57,451 bases of DNA, filler included, from Sphacelaria rigidula (GCA_964200075.2; 5 parts of 5 records of this genome joined end to end with filler, not necessarily neighbours in it), one strand, 5' to 3'. Positions 37,501 to 50,800 are shown, counted from the first letter of the whole stretch. Numbers and translations are program-made. Notes: generated from the letters alone by a model not told the origin.

Positions 37501-40500
37501 CCGAAACAAGCCGATACACCGGCACACGCTCCTTTGTATCAAAAGTGTGCGTGCCCGCTTTCGACGGCAGTGTCATCTGCCTCCACGCACACACCGAATC
37601 CCAACATGCCCGCACTAAGGGTGTTGACACATTACACTGTTTGTACAAGATATGCTCGCACTCAGGACCTTGCCATATTACACCACACTAGAACAGAGGG
37701 GTGGGTGTGCCTGATCGACACCACGCTGACCCAATCTAACCACCACGCCACGGCCTTGGCCAGGGGTAGTGGCGAGAATGGATCACTCCTTGGAGGTGAG
37801 TCCGGCTTACACCCGCCGAAGAGACCCTCTCCACGCCGTACCGACAAGATCGGTTATGGTATTGGTTGGAAGACGAGGAACGGAGAATATACTTTTGTGA
37901 AGCAAAAAAAAACAAGCGAGACGCATCTGGCGGGAATCGAACCCGCGTTTTTTTCCGACCTCATGGCGTTGTTAGCTCTATCATTGGACCACCGGGGCGC
38001 GGCGGTAGAATTATCGGGAATCATCATCGGCGACAGGAAGAACTTTCGCTCATTCTCATACCGTTTTCCGAAAGATACCCACGGGCTCCAAGAATGCTGG
38101 AAAATGACGTGAAAACACATGGGTGAAGAATTAAGCCCCAGCAAGCAAGCAAGCTCATCCATCGGGAGTTCGGAACATCCAGTGGCCACTGGAATGAAGG
38201 CACCGTGAGTACGCATTACCGCGTGCTTGCCCGGTCTGAGGCAAACGACGTAGACAACCCTGCCGAGAATAGTTGATGGAAAGAAAAAGAGAAAATAGTG
38301 TTTCGCAGCATATAACGGCCTCCAAGCACTTGCCCGGAGAGAGACTGATACGGCTGTATATAGACAACACAATCAAAAATCGACATCGAAAATAAACCTG
38401 CTGTCCTCACCCCCAACCACAAGGGTGCTTTGATCGACGTGCTGCCGTAAACCGCAGCTGAACTGCGTTTGATTCTCCAAGTCGTACAAAGAGTTTCGCA
38501 CTTGCCTGAAACAGTAAGGATCAGCACAAATACCAGAAAACGCGTCGTCAAACTCGCATGGGCGTCAGTGCGCGTCGGAAGGTCTCGAGATACGAACACG
38601 TGCCTGATATTTCAGGGTACGCAATATTACGTAAAGAAACGTGCCACAGAACGCGCGCTTATTTACGTATAGCCGAAGTCCGCCGAAGTATACGGTGCTT
38701 AGATCGAGTGCGTTCCGGATATCAAGCGCTGTTTAGAGAGCAGTGCAACCGCCTTGTCAGCGAATGGCACCCTTGAGTTAGCTGTGGTCTGTCAACCGTT
38801 GGTTACAGAGTGTCCAAATCTGTGAATCTTCGAAGCATTTCGCTGCCGGCGCCGGGCTCAACCGCTACATCGAAATCTGTAACCGATTTCGATTTCGATT
38901 CGGTCTTGTCAAGACGCCCCCAGCAGAGTAGGGAACAGATAGCCGTGTCTAGCCACCACTAGGACATTAACCCATTTAGAACCGTTGGTGGAAAATTGAC
39001 GATTTACATTTGACGTTTTTTCGGGCAAGGAATGGTTGTTTTTCAATAGCCTTTGAGCAAGCGATTCGCCAAAAGCGTGTTGTTCAGACCCGTTCGATTG
39101 GAACGTGGAAGAAAAGAAGGTTCGAAGGTTCTCTATCCTACGGGTATGACGAATCGTTCGACCCGTCGGTGTTTTCTCGCCCCAGCCAGAGTGCACGGCT
39201 GACCTTTCGTGACGCAATCTTCACGCCGCACCTGCAGTAGATGCTCTGCACCGCATCATGGCAATCCTGCGCTAAGTTGCAATAATAAAGGCGACACCGA
39301 CTGCAGATTTACCTCACTTATGCCCCCGTCTACCGTCTGTATTCGCAGACAGTCACCGTCAGGCCCTGTGGGGATGTGTTCACCTACTCCTCTGTACTGC
39401 CTGTGATCATGATATTTTCAGCTTATGTCAAGGGTAAACTCATGTCATGCACGCTACTGTACTCCGTCGTACGCGTTTATACGGCACCACGCTGCGGTTT
39501 GATCAGTCCATAACAGCGACGAGGGTGTCATGTACCCCGCCGTTATACATACTCCTGGTGCAGCGTAGGCGGGGGCCGTCACTTTTCCATATCCGATACA
39601 GGCTGTCACTTCGTAGGCTGTGATCTTACTGCACNNNNNNNNNCACCTCTATACTGCGGGTTGGTCATGCCTGAACGTTGCACAGCCGTACTTTGTGCTG
39701 CGTGAGGTGTATTACTCCGGCTGGCGCTATCGCGTTTGGACCGTCTGTCCTCGTGGGTGGTGTTGGGGTTTCATGCAGTGATATTGCATACCTTCTGTCT
39801 TCTGGCATGAAAGATCATAACATCGTTTTTCAGTTATACTGGACTATAGTGAAGTGTATTTCCTGACTGAAGTTGTAGTTGGATTAGGCTGGTTGCGAAA
39901 GGCTGTCCTGGTCGGTCGTCGAGTGTGTGCTAGTATGTCGCCTGTCTGGACGCTTGCAATTACGTCCGCCTGGTGTCTCCTACATATTCCTGCGTGCCTC
40001 GCAGCGTTTTCACTTGCCGCGGTTACTGTGTTGACGTTTGGTGAGCGAGCGGGGGACGTGGTGTGCACCGGGGGGCAATGGGCTGCCCCAACCGCTCTTG
40101 AAGCTTCTTCAGCGAAACGCCTGGCAGCGTCCTGGCCGTGCTTCTCAGTCACCTCTTTCAGCTGAACGTGAATTGCATATGGGTCGCTCTTCAGCGCTTC
40201 CACATGTGGCGATAGAATTTCCACGTGCTCCGCCATACCGTTGTCGCCGGCCGTGTAGTGTGGCTGCCTACGCTCGCGAAGTGTTGATGATTCAGCCCAC
40301 CAAAACGGTGCAATACTCTAATTTCAAGTATACTAGCCCCCACTCTAAGTTCAAGTGTACTAATGTGACGTATTCGTGCACCGAACTCGAATTGAGGTAT
40401 TTCACAGATTCTACTGACAAAAATCACATATATAGGAGTTTATACTGTTTTGCGAGTTTTTTGTCGATGCACACAATTGGACATACTTCGCCCGTCGCGT

Positions 40501-40893
40501 GATATCATTGGGCAAACCCAACCCGACCGCTCCGGGGTTTCATTTTCGGTACATCCATCACGTGTACGTCTGGAGTCTTCTTTGGTCATCCACAGTAAAA
40601 ATGGTTGCCGTCGGTCTTTTCTGTGTCCATCTTTGCTTCTTTGTCAGGGCTTCTCATAATGAGGCGTCTGGCTCGGGGACGGGAGGGGAGGGTTCCAAAA
40701 GGGTTAGAAGTTTACGATATTGCTGCCCCACTATCTGCATAGTCCTTCGTTTGCGTTTTGCGGGTCGCGAGGAACGGTTACAGAGGTGATTCATTAATAG
40801 TGGAGGTACAGTGAAGTATTTGCAGGTCCCCCTTGGCAATATTTGTTTCCGTAGCCTCCACCGGTCCCCGAATAGCGTTACTTCATTTCTCAT

Positions 40894-41632
40894 GCAAGCC
40901 GGTCGCCCCGGTGGCTCAGTTGGTATAATCGGAACCTTCTGACGATTTCGTCGTGCATGCGAATCTCGGTGAAGTCACACTATCTGGGACTTATCCCTAC
41001 ATAGTGCCCAACAGTAGAGAGCGACTACGTCGTGGGTACACAAAATTCGACATCACTGTCTGCAAGAGAGAGAGACCGCTGAACCACTTTCGCGATTAAA
41101 AAAACAAGGCAAGCGCTGCAGAAGAAGAGTGTGTGTTGTCGTTCCATTTATTCTGGGTGCTAGTCTACCCCTTTCGGGATATGTAGACGCATCAGACGGG
41201 GTCACACAGGAGGAAGGACAACACAGGAGTTTTTTCCTTTTTTATTTGTTTTTTAGCACCCCACCTTCCTTCTGCGGTGCTTGCCTTTTTTTTTATCGCG
41301 AGAGGGGTTCAGCAGTCCCTTTCCCTTGTCGACCGTCAAGTCGAATTTTGTGTACCCATGACATAGTCGCTCTCCACTGCTGGGCATGGTGCAAAAACAA
41401 ATCCCATATCGCCCCGGGAATCGAACCCCACAACTCAAGCACCAGAGGGTTACGAGGTTACTAACTGAACCACCGGGGCGACTGGCAGAGAAGAGTGGAG
41501 TACTAAAATAAGAGAAAAAAATGAGTCCTGTGCTCGCCTTCTTCCTGTGGGACCTCGGCTGATGCGCCCACATATGCCGAAAGATATAAACTGGCGTTCA
41601 GAATAGATGCGATGACAACACACACAACACAC
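40894..41632 (+). mobile_element. tRNA-derived SINE (outer, older copy), interrupted by a second copy
   Basis: Head gtcgccccggtggctcagttggt (A-box-like); body to ~41131; resumes at ~41485 with 3' part ending gacaacacacacaacacac. Confidence 0.75.
41132..41484 (-). mobile_element. tRNA-derived SINE (inner copy) with ~13-14 bp target-site duplication
   Basis: Minus-strand head cagtcgccccggtggttcagttagt...ggttcgattccc (A and B boxes); tail gacaacacac; flanks gcagaagaagagtg (41118-41131) and gcagagaagagtg (41485-41497). Confidence 0.85.
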
Positions 41633-41642
41633 ATGGACTCAC

Positions 41643-42637
41643 CATTCTCATCCGCTTGGTCTTCTCATTATTGCAGGAATAGAACCCGCCGCGCGCTTCG
41701 CTGCCAAGGCGAAAAACTTGCGCCTGAGCGAAACGAACAGAGGCGCCGCACATTCGCGTCTCAGGTGCGTGACAAGCGCGGATATTTGTGTGCACGAGCT
41801 TCCTACGCAGTACATCTGACTACCGCGTAACACCGGACACGCGATACACAGCGAAGAGACAGACTCTGTGCCACCACGAAGGGCCTCGACCACCATGGCC
41901 GCGGATCAACAGCTACCAACGCATGCTCTCATGCTCATCACATGATGCGTAGCTGGGGGTGTTTCCCCGGTCCACATTTTTCTCGTAATGCAGTTACATG
42001 TACTATAGTCGAAGGTAATTCTTGGCGACATTGGAAATGGAAACCCTGGTGTTTACATGTACTCCTGTAGTGGTATGCCTTCAAGGTTTCCGCCCAAGTC
42101 TCCGTTTTCCTCATTCCGCTGGAATATCGGACATAAAGCGCACGCGTACACTAGGCTTTGCCCACCGGCGCCCAAGCTTTGAAGTGTTTCGTGGTTATTC
42201 GACCAAATTTGCGCACAAAAGAGTTGCTTCAAACTATTCAACGCATGATTTGCGGAGCATGTTTGGCTCCCGAAAGTTCCATACTGCCGCTGCCGCCAGC
42301 AATGATCCTTCGGCAAACGCACTTCCCACTCTTTTCACGCTACAACACCCATACCGTTTGCTGTACTTACCGCTAGCTCCGTCTGCTCTCGCGCAGACAG
42401 GAATCCCTTCAGGATCACCATGCCCTTGCGCAGCATTCGCGCGGCTGTGTTCGCATTTGCCGTCGGTGCGACAGAGTCTGCCGCTGAGCCCTCCTCCGTG
42501 GCGACCAACATGGCCGATGCCCCCGCCGCCGTCGCCGCGGTTGCCGCACTGCTGCCCCCCTGTTGCCCCTCATCTTGGATATCTTCACGAGAACGAGTAG
42601 CGGCTCGACTTCGTTTACGCGAAGATCGTTCAGTCAT
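41643..42637 (-). CDS. Probable AlkB-family 2OG-Fe(II) dioxygenase, first two exons (partial)
   Basis: Exon 42371-42637 (ATG...MLRKGMVILKGFLSAREQTELA, GTAAGT donor) joins exon 41643-41723 (AQVFRLGSEARGGFYSCNNEKTKRMRM, GTGAGT donor) in phase 0. Resembles the LRPGMVLLKxFL...ELG...GFY N-terminus of plant AlkB-like proteins. Catalytic HxD...H exons not located. Confidence 0.6.
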
Positions 42638-45424
42638 GGTTGACTCAATACCCCATGCCTGACGAATGTAAAGCAGCAACATGAGCAAGTAGGTGGGTAC
42701 ACGGTGTCACTCCCGTTCGATAAGATGGAGGCGATACTATGGGACGCCAGGCGTCCAGACTGCGCACCTGGCGCCCGATGATGCTGAAACTTCACGTGTG
42801 TATAGGTTGAGGCCGCAGGTATGTGTCGGCGCAACATTATCGGCGGCTCGAGGCGTTTTGCGTGCTGCGTGGCTTGAAAGGATGATTATGCACGATGCTG
42901 CCACTTCTTTCGGAACATGTTTTACTAGTCAACAACTATGTAGGGTACAACATCAAACCGGCGCGGAGGCAGCGGCAGATCTCGGTAGTACAGTCGTTCA
43001 ACTCGGCCCGCTTTTCGGTCGACCCTCTCGAATCAGCATAGATAACAACCACCGTTCAGGCTTCGTCACATCCTTGAGGTTATTGTCCTTGAGGTTTATA
43101 CGCCATCTGGCGCAAGACATGGCCATGCAGCCGAGTTGGGCAGAACTGTGTTTTCTGCCAAGGACCACTGTAAAGCTGTTCGGGAAAGGGGCAACGCTCC
43201 CTTACAAACAGTAAGATATCTTGAGTTGAGGGTATCGTGACAGAATGACCACGGCGGGTGCGGTTGCTCTTGTGCTCTTCCATTAGAATCAAGTTTGAAT
43301 TCCTGCCGACGGGGCTCCAGCGTGAATATCTTGAGCTTTCACCGGCAGTCACCTGCTGATCGACCTTTCGCGGAGTTTTTAACCTTCACTTGCTCTAAAA
43401 ATGCTCAGAGGGCAGTTTTAAACTTGCCCGGATACCGTGTCGCGGGTATAACAGCTCTATGAAGGTGGGGGTAGCGTCGTGCAGTCCGTACGGTACTGTC
43501 GGCTCGGAGCACACAGTGCAAGTATTGTCGTGAATTCGAGTCGAAGGATGCACTTCGTATATTAAGCGCTTCCGACCCACACAGTGACATGCACAAGGTG
43601 CCATCCGAGCACCTCAGCAACCGACACTGTTCATAACGCCACCTTTCCGGGCTGATGTGAACACCTCTCTCCCAAGGACGCGTTACCCTCCAGTACAACG
43701 TGAATAACCTCAGCACATTTCACACCGTGGATCATAAGCACTTCAAATGGACCCCGCGCATTGGAAAAAAAACCTGAACCCCCTGCATATGATTGAACAG
43801 GGATGACGGTGTATAGCACACAGGAGAATCGACTACACAAGAACCAACAGCCGAGCAGAGAATCTATTCGGTTTCGGCAAAGGGTACTGTATGGCAAAAT
43901 AAAATCGGGTGTACTTGGTTCTTTTTGTCATCATCCACGATACAGTGCTCTCGGGGTTCGATATGAAAAATGTGTGAGTCGCACCCGCGGGCGGGCTACT
44001 CCGCATGTCCCATATATTGTTCAGGCGAATTCACGATGTACCGAGACATAATTTACCTAATTACATCGGTGGACGAAGCCAAAACCATATGGAAATCCCC
44101 TTCCTCGCCCCGATAGCACAGAAGCCGCATCGTTTCATTAAAGCCCTCATGGCACGGGGCCGCTCCTCCCTCTCCTCCACTACATACTTGTATCTTGTCG
44201 AGATTAGCTCCGGAATCGAAACGATTTTTTCCGTTGGATTGCTTGTGTTGTCCCGCAATAAATGATTGCTGGTGATCACCGTGACTCATATTATTTTGCA
44301 ATAATAACTGTGCACCAGTCAGTATTTACGGAGTGGATGACCTTGTTACCATATATATCTTCATTTTTCCAAGCGGCCCCGCTTGCATTTTTTGGGCGAA
44401 GTTTAGAAGCCACTGACCGCAAACACCACCCAGTACACATATACACACCTGACTCTTGCTTTGCAATATTGAACAGCAGATCATCGAATTTGAGGATGGA
44501 GCTTTCCATTGAGGATGATAACCCGGGAAATTGAAATCTTCGCATCGTACGCCAAGTCTACGAGACATGCTTCCATTCCTTCATCTGCTGGTAGCTATTG
44601 ACAACAACTACACGCCATGAAAAAGCACTGGGTCCACAGATAGGGGCCAGAATTTTGAGTGGAAATTTTTTTCGACCAGTCAGAGTCTTTAGATGCACCA
44701 AAATGTGGCGACCTTTCTTCAATCAGATGAAAAAAGACGAGCTGAATATAAGTGAAAAGTAGCTTAGATTGGCCCACACATTGCGCCGCTGCGAGACAGA
44801 CAGCGGATACCATTCAATCACCGAGGATACAGCAGCTCCGTGCTGGCTTAGTTTGTTTGCCCCAACCTGAGCGCACCCGCCTTGCGTGTCTTCCCCCATC
44901 ACAGTACCCGGCTTTGACTGAAGTACTAGGCAGCTGCACAGCCGTTACGTGATTGTACCAACCTTTATTTGAACAGCACATTGATCCCACCCCAGTGCTG
45001 TGCAGACCGAAACACGGCATGTCAAGCGCACATCGCACCGTGTTCGTCGTAGAGTGTTCAGATGCACAACAGCATAGCGACAACTACAGCATAGAAATGA
45101 TGCGTTTGGGAAGCGCCTTGTTCGTTTGAATCAAGACGAAAGAACCAACACACCACGAAGATTTCGACTGTGTGTAGACAGTACTGCGTGCCGACAAAAT
45201 TATTTTTCATAGAGACGAGCGCAATGGCAATGAAGGAGTCCCAGCGGAGATCAAACCATCTTCACAAAGGCCTGAAGATATCATAGCGCAGCGACAGCTA
45301 CAACACACGAGACAGAGCATGACTGTGTTTGTGCTGCAGGACAGCGACACAGGACGTGTACCATGCGATAGTTCTTCCCCTGATTCCGGGTGGGTTCTCG
45401 CTTTTTGCCGAAATGCGATTTTCA

Positions 45425-45584
45425 AACGCTCGGGCATAATCGCGCTTCGCGCGAACACATGTTAATCCACTTTGAGTTACCCCTATCTGTGGGAGGTGCG
45501 CCGTTTTTGACACAGGACCCATATATGGGGATGATTTGGTAATAAATTATTTATTTGCGCGAAGCGCGATTATGACCGAGCGTT
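45425..45584. repeat. 31-bp inverted repeat (29/31 match) with ~98-bp spacer
   Basis: aacgctcgggcataatcgcgcttcgcgcgaa ... tttgcgcgaagcgcgattatgaccgagcgtt. Confidence 0.85.
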
Positions 45585-45942
45585 CGAGATCGGCAGCCGC
45601 CAAACACTGAGGACCCGTTTAAAATCAGTCGAAGAACTAAAACATGGAACGTGTCTTGTTTCACTGTACTGCAGAACAAACACACTCATGTCCGCTCTCA
45701 TGTGCTGTAGCTATCACTGTTCTGTGGTGTGTTCAGACCTTGCTGAGACGGGTTGGTCTCCGCTGGCGTTGCCTGATGTGCTGTATTAATGTGTTCGTCT
45801 CTGTGCAACATATAGTGCCAGTCGGGACGCAGTGCTGTCTATACACTTGACAGTCTGTTGAAAACTTCAGTCATCCGGACCCGTCACTTGCGCGATGCCG
45901 AACATGGCTGGGTAAAGGCACACAACCAGCACCAGTATACAC

Positions 45943-46042
45943 NNNNNNNNNNNNNNNNNNNNNNNNNNNNNNNNNNNNNNNNNNNNTTAATTAATTAANN
46001 NNNNNNNNNNNNNNNNNNNNNNNNNNNNNNNNNNNNNNNNNN
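45943..46042. other. Artificial contig linker
   Basis: Same 100-nt block. Confidence 0.97.
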
Positions 46043-46599
46043 CAGTAGAAGTGTCTCATACCTGTGGAGTGCATGATGCACACATCACTTATCGATGAAG
46101 TGGTGACTGGCCGGTGTATCAAAGACCGTCCCGTAGTCCGCAGTCTCACAGACCTCTTGCATTTCGTGCTCATTGTACTACCGGCGGCGAGCCAACACGA
46201 AAGAATACCGTCAATCAACAGAGTAACGCTTCAGCGACGGCGCTGTACCAATTTCGTCTCTATGAGCTACCTTTATTTGTCCGAAATATTACACTCACCA
46301 AGTGTTTCGAAAGATGCTCCGCAGAGGGATATTGGGTGACTGGGAGGAAGTGATATAGAGGGGAGGCGACGTGTCTCGGGCGTGTGGGCGAAATTTGGCT
46401 CGTTGGAAAATGATACGCGGAACAGTCGCCTCCTGGTCAATCGAAACAGTCCCGGTGCGACCGGCGCCATGTTATCATTACCGATGCCAAGACTTGCAAA
46501 TGATAATGGCAAATCCCCGGTGTGCTCCTGTTCCGAATACTTTTTTAGTATCAGCTATATATCCCTTGGAATCTTCCTTGCTACTGGCTGCGGCGCAAC

Positions 46600-47218
46600 A
46601 ACGTGCAGCCAGCCCAAGGGGCGGCGAAAGAGGACACGGGGACAGACGAATATAGTCTCGGCGATGGGTCGGATAGGGAGCTGGACACTTCTCTTCATGA
46701 CACGTCGGGGGGTGTCGTTCAGCACTCCGGAGTGTGTGGGCACGGTGGGGCGGACACCAGCGGTGGCGCCGTCCCTGGGGAGCAACCCGACATTCCCTCA
46801 TTCGTTAAGGGAGACGTCGCTTTCTTCCTCGCCGAGCGTCGTTTTCTTCCTCGCCGACGAAGTCCCGTTTTTGGTGGGCAAGGTGATCGACGTCCGGGAG
46901 ACTGTCGGCAGTGAGGCCGACGTTCAGGTGCGCTGGTGTTCACCGGCGACCTCCAAAGCTCACAGCGGCGCGGCTGATTGCAGCATCAGAGAATACGGGA
47001 AGGGTAAGCTCACCGAAGACTACAGAACCACAGAAAGTTGTGACGAGGCTGGGGTCGACACCACCACCAGGAAGCGCAAGTTGGCCCCGGCCGTGGAGTG
47101 GATGGCATCAGATTTGGTCACGGCTTCATGTCGAACACTCAATTCCGGGGCCAAGATTCCAAAGGGGGTATTGGATGAAATCATTGTCGCGAAGTCACAA
47201 AAAAAGAAGAGTAAATAA
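46600..47218 (+). pseudogene. Frameshifted intronless coding remnant, probably the C-terminus of a DNA-transposon protein
   Basis: IPSFVKGDVAFFLA in one frame continues as FFLADEVPFLVGKVIDV...VQVRWCSP...YGKGK in another because of a ~22-bp tandem duplication at ~46815-46858. Ends in a basic tail and TAA. Confidence 0.4.
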
Positions 47219-47805
47219 TTGTAAGGGACAGCGTTCTGGACGTCCGGTTTTGGTCAATGAAGCAGGGCAAGAGGTTCAGACGCCGCGTATCGTGACTTCC
47301 TTGGACAGTAACACCGTACTTTTGATCAACTGCAATGCAGCGCCGAGAGGATTGACCGTGGCGTGCGTAGTGCGCTCGTGACCGATACAGATAGAGACGA
47401 GATTTCCGTCGGCTTGTCAATTTGAACTCTTGCAAATTTCACATCACCCCTTGCTCGACCGTCCAAATGAGGGCGAGTAAGCGTATGAAGGTTTAGGCAG
47501 AGTTGTGTGCAGCGCCATGGAAGAAGAGGGGAGTCTTGGTGAAGGGTGCCGGGTAAGACGGATACGATAGTAATCACCCTCTCATGATCTGCCGACAGGA
47601 ATCGTGTCTTACAACCGACTGGGGAACACCGAAAAGATATCACACCTGCGGATACGAGATTCCTGGGGTGGGGTTGGGGTAGGGAGTTTGGGGGGGGGGG
47701 GGTTCATGGCCCTGTCGGGGTTGGGGGGGTTGTGTTTCGGGNNNNNNNNNNGGGGAATCAAGAGAAACTGAGCGGGCGGGGGGGGGCGGGGTGGGGGGGG
47801 GGGGG

Positions 47806-47840
<35 letters not shown>

Positions 47841-47899
47841 CATCGTCCTGTCGCGTTGAGCGTGGTTTCGTTCCGGGGGCACCCGTTGATGAGAGTAGA

Positions 47900-50800
47900 C
47901 GGCGTCAACGCTTGTCGTTCGCAACCGATGGTAGCACCGTGCGTGGAACACCTGCTCGTGTTCTCGAATTCGATGGAAGACAATGCACCCTTCTTTGCGC
48001 CAGAGGAAAGGGTTCGAAGGGGAGTATCCTAGTCGTTTCCGCGCGGGAATCTTATGGGTAATGGCCTATCCATGTTGCGTTGAAACAGACTTTTTGATTG
48101 AGGGGGCGAACACAAACCCGCAGCTGATCGATACCAAGACACGAGCGGTGCCCGTTTTAGTCGTGCCTGACGAACACCGCCCCCCCACCCTGTCGGGCAT
48201 GATCGAGGTGTTGTTCCTCGCGCTGGTGCAGCCCGAGGGGGGGGGGGGGGTTAGCGCAGAACATGGGATCCGTGCGCCGCCACTTTTTTCCCTGTGGTGT
48301 AGAGTAACAATAGTGCTCACCCGACTTACTTCTCTCGATTCTTCGACGTACTGAATATGACGCGTTACGGGTTCACCTGCACAGGTTACTTCTTCCGAAT
48401 AAGAGCTTGTCCTCGGTACTTCTACTACAAACAGTTCACAAGTCGGGTTGTCCACTTGAACCTCATCTCGGAGTTAAACCTCAATTCGCACAATTTGCTG
48501 TTACAGGTTGTTCTGCCAAGGATCCAAACGCCCTTACCAGCAACCCCACGTGCTCCCATACACACCAGACTGTATTAAATACCACCGTAGCCAGCCCAGT
48601 ACTTCGCGCCCTGCGCACCACCAAAAGAAAACGCTGTTCTGACAACTCCGTGTACTACCCGAAAATGTTTCACTGAAAGCTGTCTGGAGTTCAAAATGTT
48701 GGTTGCATGCCTTCACGACTACACCCGAAATCACGGTGTGAGTCTCTGTACTTGCTAACAGGACCGGTGCTTGGTACACAAGAAAAAGAGAGGAGGAAAC
48801 CACAGCCTGAAGGAAATTTCACCTCAGCCTCTGGTGATATTTCGTTCCACGAGAATGAACCCCAAGCCAACCACGGCCCCCGACCAAACACCAAAACGTG
48901 AACGGTGCGGTCTCATCTCATTCGCGGCCAGCGGCCCCACGCCTCAAAACCGAGTCAACGTCGGCCGGCGCTAGCTCAGGCTTGTGGTGTGGGTACAACG
49001 GGTCCGATCAATCCTGGATCAAGGGTCCCACTCAGGCACAATCCCGCGAAACCACACCTGGGTGTAGCTCTCACGGTGAAGAATTGTGTTGTTTCATCAT
49101 TAGAATTGATCACTCTAGTGTACGACTTCATAGTTCCAACTGTTGGCAGCTAGCTCCTCCCCGACCATCGGGATGGGAGACCACGTCTTCTGCAGGTACT
49201 CACATGCCGAGAGAGAAGCTGTCTCGCGGTATTGTGTTGCTGCCCCTACGGCTATCCACTGTAGGGTACATGTAAGCCCAGGCGACCACAGGGCGTCGGG
49301 CCCCTTCGTAGTCGAGCATAGTTATTCCACTGTGGATCATGATTACAGGAAACCCTCGCTTTCCGTTACTCCATGTTTTGGAGAAGGACCCCCAGCAGTG
49401 ACCCGGCCGGTAAGCCAAGAGCTCACACCGTCACGAATACTCCCGCGAACTTCCCAACAGCGCCAGGTCATGACGGTACGCCTCAGGTATAGGATGTGCC
49501 GCTACCGCCCTCTGCCCCCCCCCCCCGTTGCCCCCTGAGCCAGCACCAACAAAGAGGTCGAGGCCGAACGTGTTGAGCCACAAGTCCACCCTACCTACTG
49601 TCGGTTCGTTGTCGCGTTCACGTGCGGGTCTGCCACTGGCGACCCCACACCACGACAGGCTCACGTGGGTGATAGACGATTCGTCCCCTGTAGTCCAAGT
49701 TCGGCCCTCGACAACATTTTTCTCGATAAATCCGTGGAGACCCATGTCTATTTCCACTACATGTGTTGATGTAATGGCAAAGTTGCGCTGGTGCAGCCAC
49801 CGGAACCACGTCCGACGACGAGAAACCGTCGACCCCTTTGTCCACTACTGTGGATGATTCGGCAGACACATTGCAGTGCAGGGCTGACATTCCTGCCGAC
49901 CCTGCACTTGGGACATCCACTACAAAGCCGGCAGTGCATGCCCCCTCCATGCCGCCATCACAGCCGACCCCGCCCCTACCATGACGGTCACGACAAATAG
50001 TCGCACCCCCATAGCGGTGTACGAGATACGTAGCCCTTACGCCCCAACATTGGAGAACCCCAAGACCTGTGCCCACATCCGCAGGCCCCACAAGACCACC
50101 CCAGAGTAAATTTCAGTACTACGTTCAGGAAGTACAGCAAGCACATATCAACTCGTTGCCGAAAATTGGCCCGGATCTTACGCGTGGCGTTGTCACTGTA
50201 ATGCGTGAGAGGACCGCGTGCTTAGAGGACCGCGCCGTAGTTCAAAACACCTCAGGATCGATGTTTTTCAAAACCAATCGGGCCAGTCCCTGCAGGTATC
50301 ACACACCTGACCATAACCCTAACCCTAACCCTAACCATGGAGATGTTCAAATTCCGATGCGGCCCTCTAAGCCCGCGGTCCTTTCACGCATTACAGTCAC
50401 CTTAGACGATGCGTCTTTTACAACTAGAGTTAGACTGAAAAACTACTCGAAAATGGATCTTGTGCAAGCCATCAACTTGTGGCCCTGGTTTTACTGGACT
50501 CAGGCTCCCCTCAGACCTTGCCCACCGTCAGTTGCTGGCAGGACATGCCCCGCACCGGCGCGACCGATGACGGATGTGTATCCCCTGTCCCCTCACGCAC
50601 CTCCGGTGGCTCCGGGCAGGTTCTACTCTTCAACAATTGAGTGTTCAGTTCTTCTACGATACGCACGCCATGGCACCACCTTCTGTTTCGGCTTTGATTG
50701 TTCCATACAGTGCCACGGCATTCCATGTTTTGTTGGGCAAAAAGTAGCTAGTTGCGTTTCCGACATATATGTTCGGACAGGAAGATGTATTTGTGGAAAA

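Noticed and set aside
40205..40265. HYTAGDNGMAEHVE as the AlkB Y...HxD motif
   Set aside because: Has HxE, the following sequence lacks AlkB motifs, and the expected intervening region is missing.
41405..41484. tRNA gene (also tRNA-like stretches near 7915, 16920, 25470, 34840, 37930, 40900)
   Set aside because: Only A/B-box-like words are present, with no complete cloverleaf; the 40900 and 41405 copies are attached to SINE bodies.
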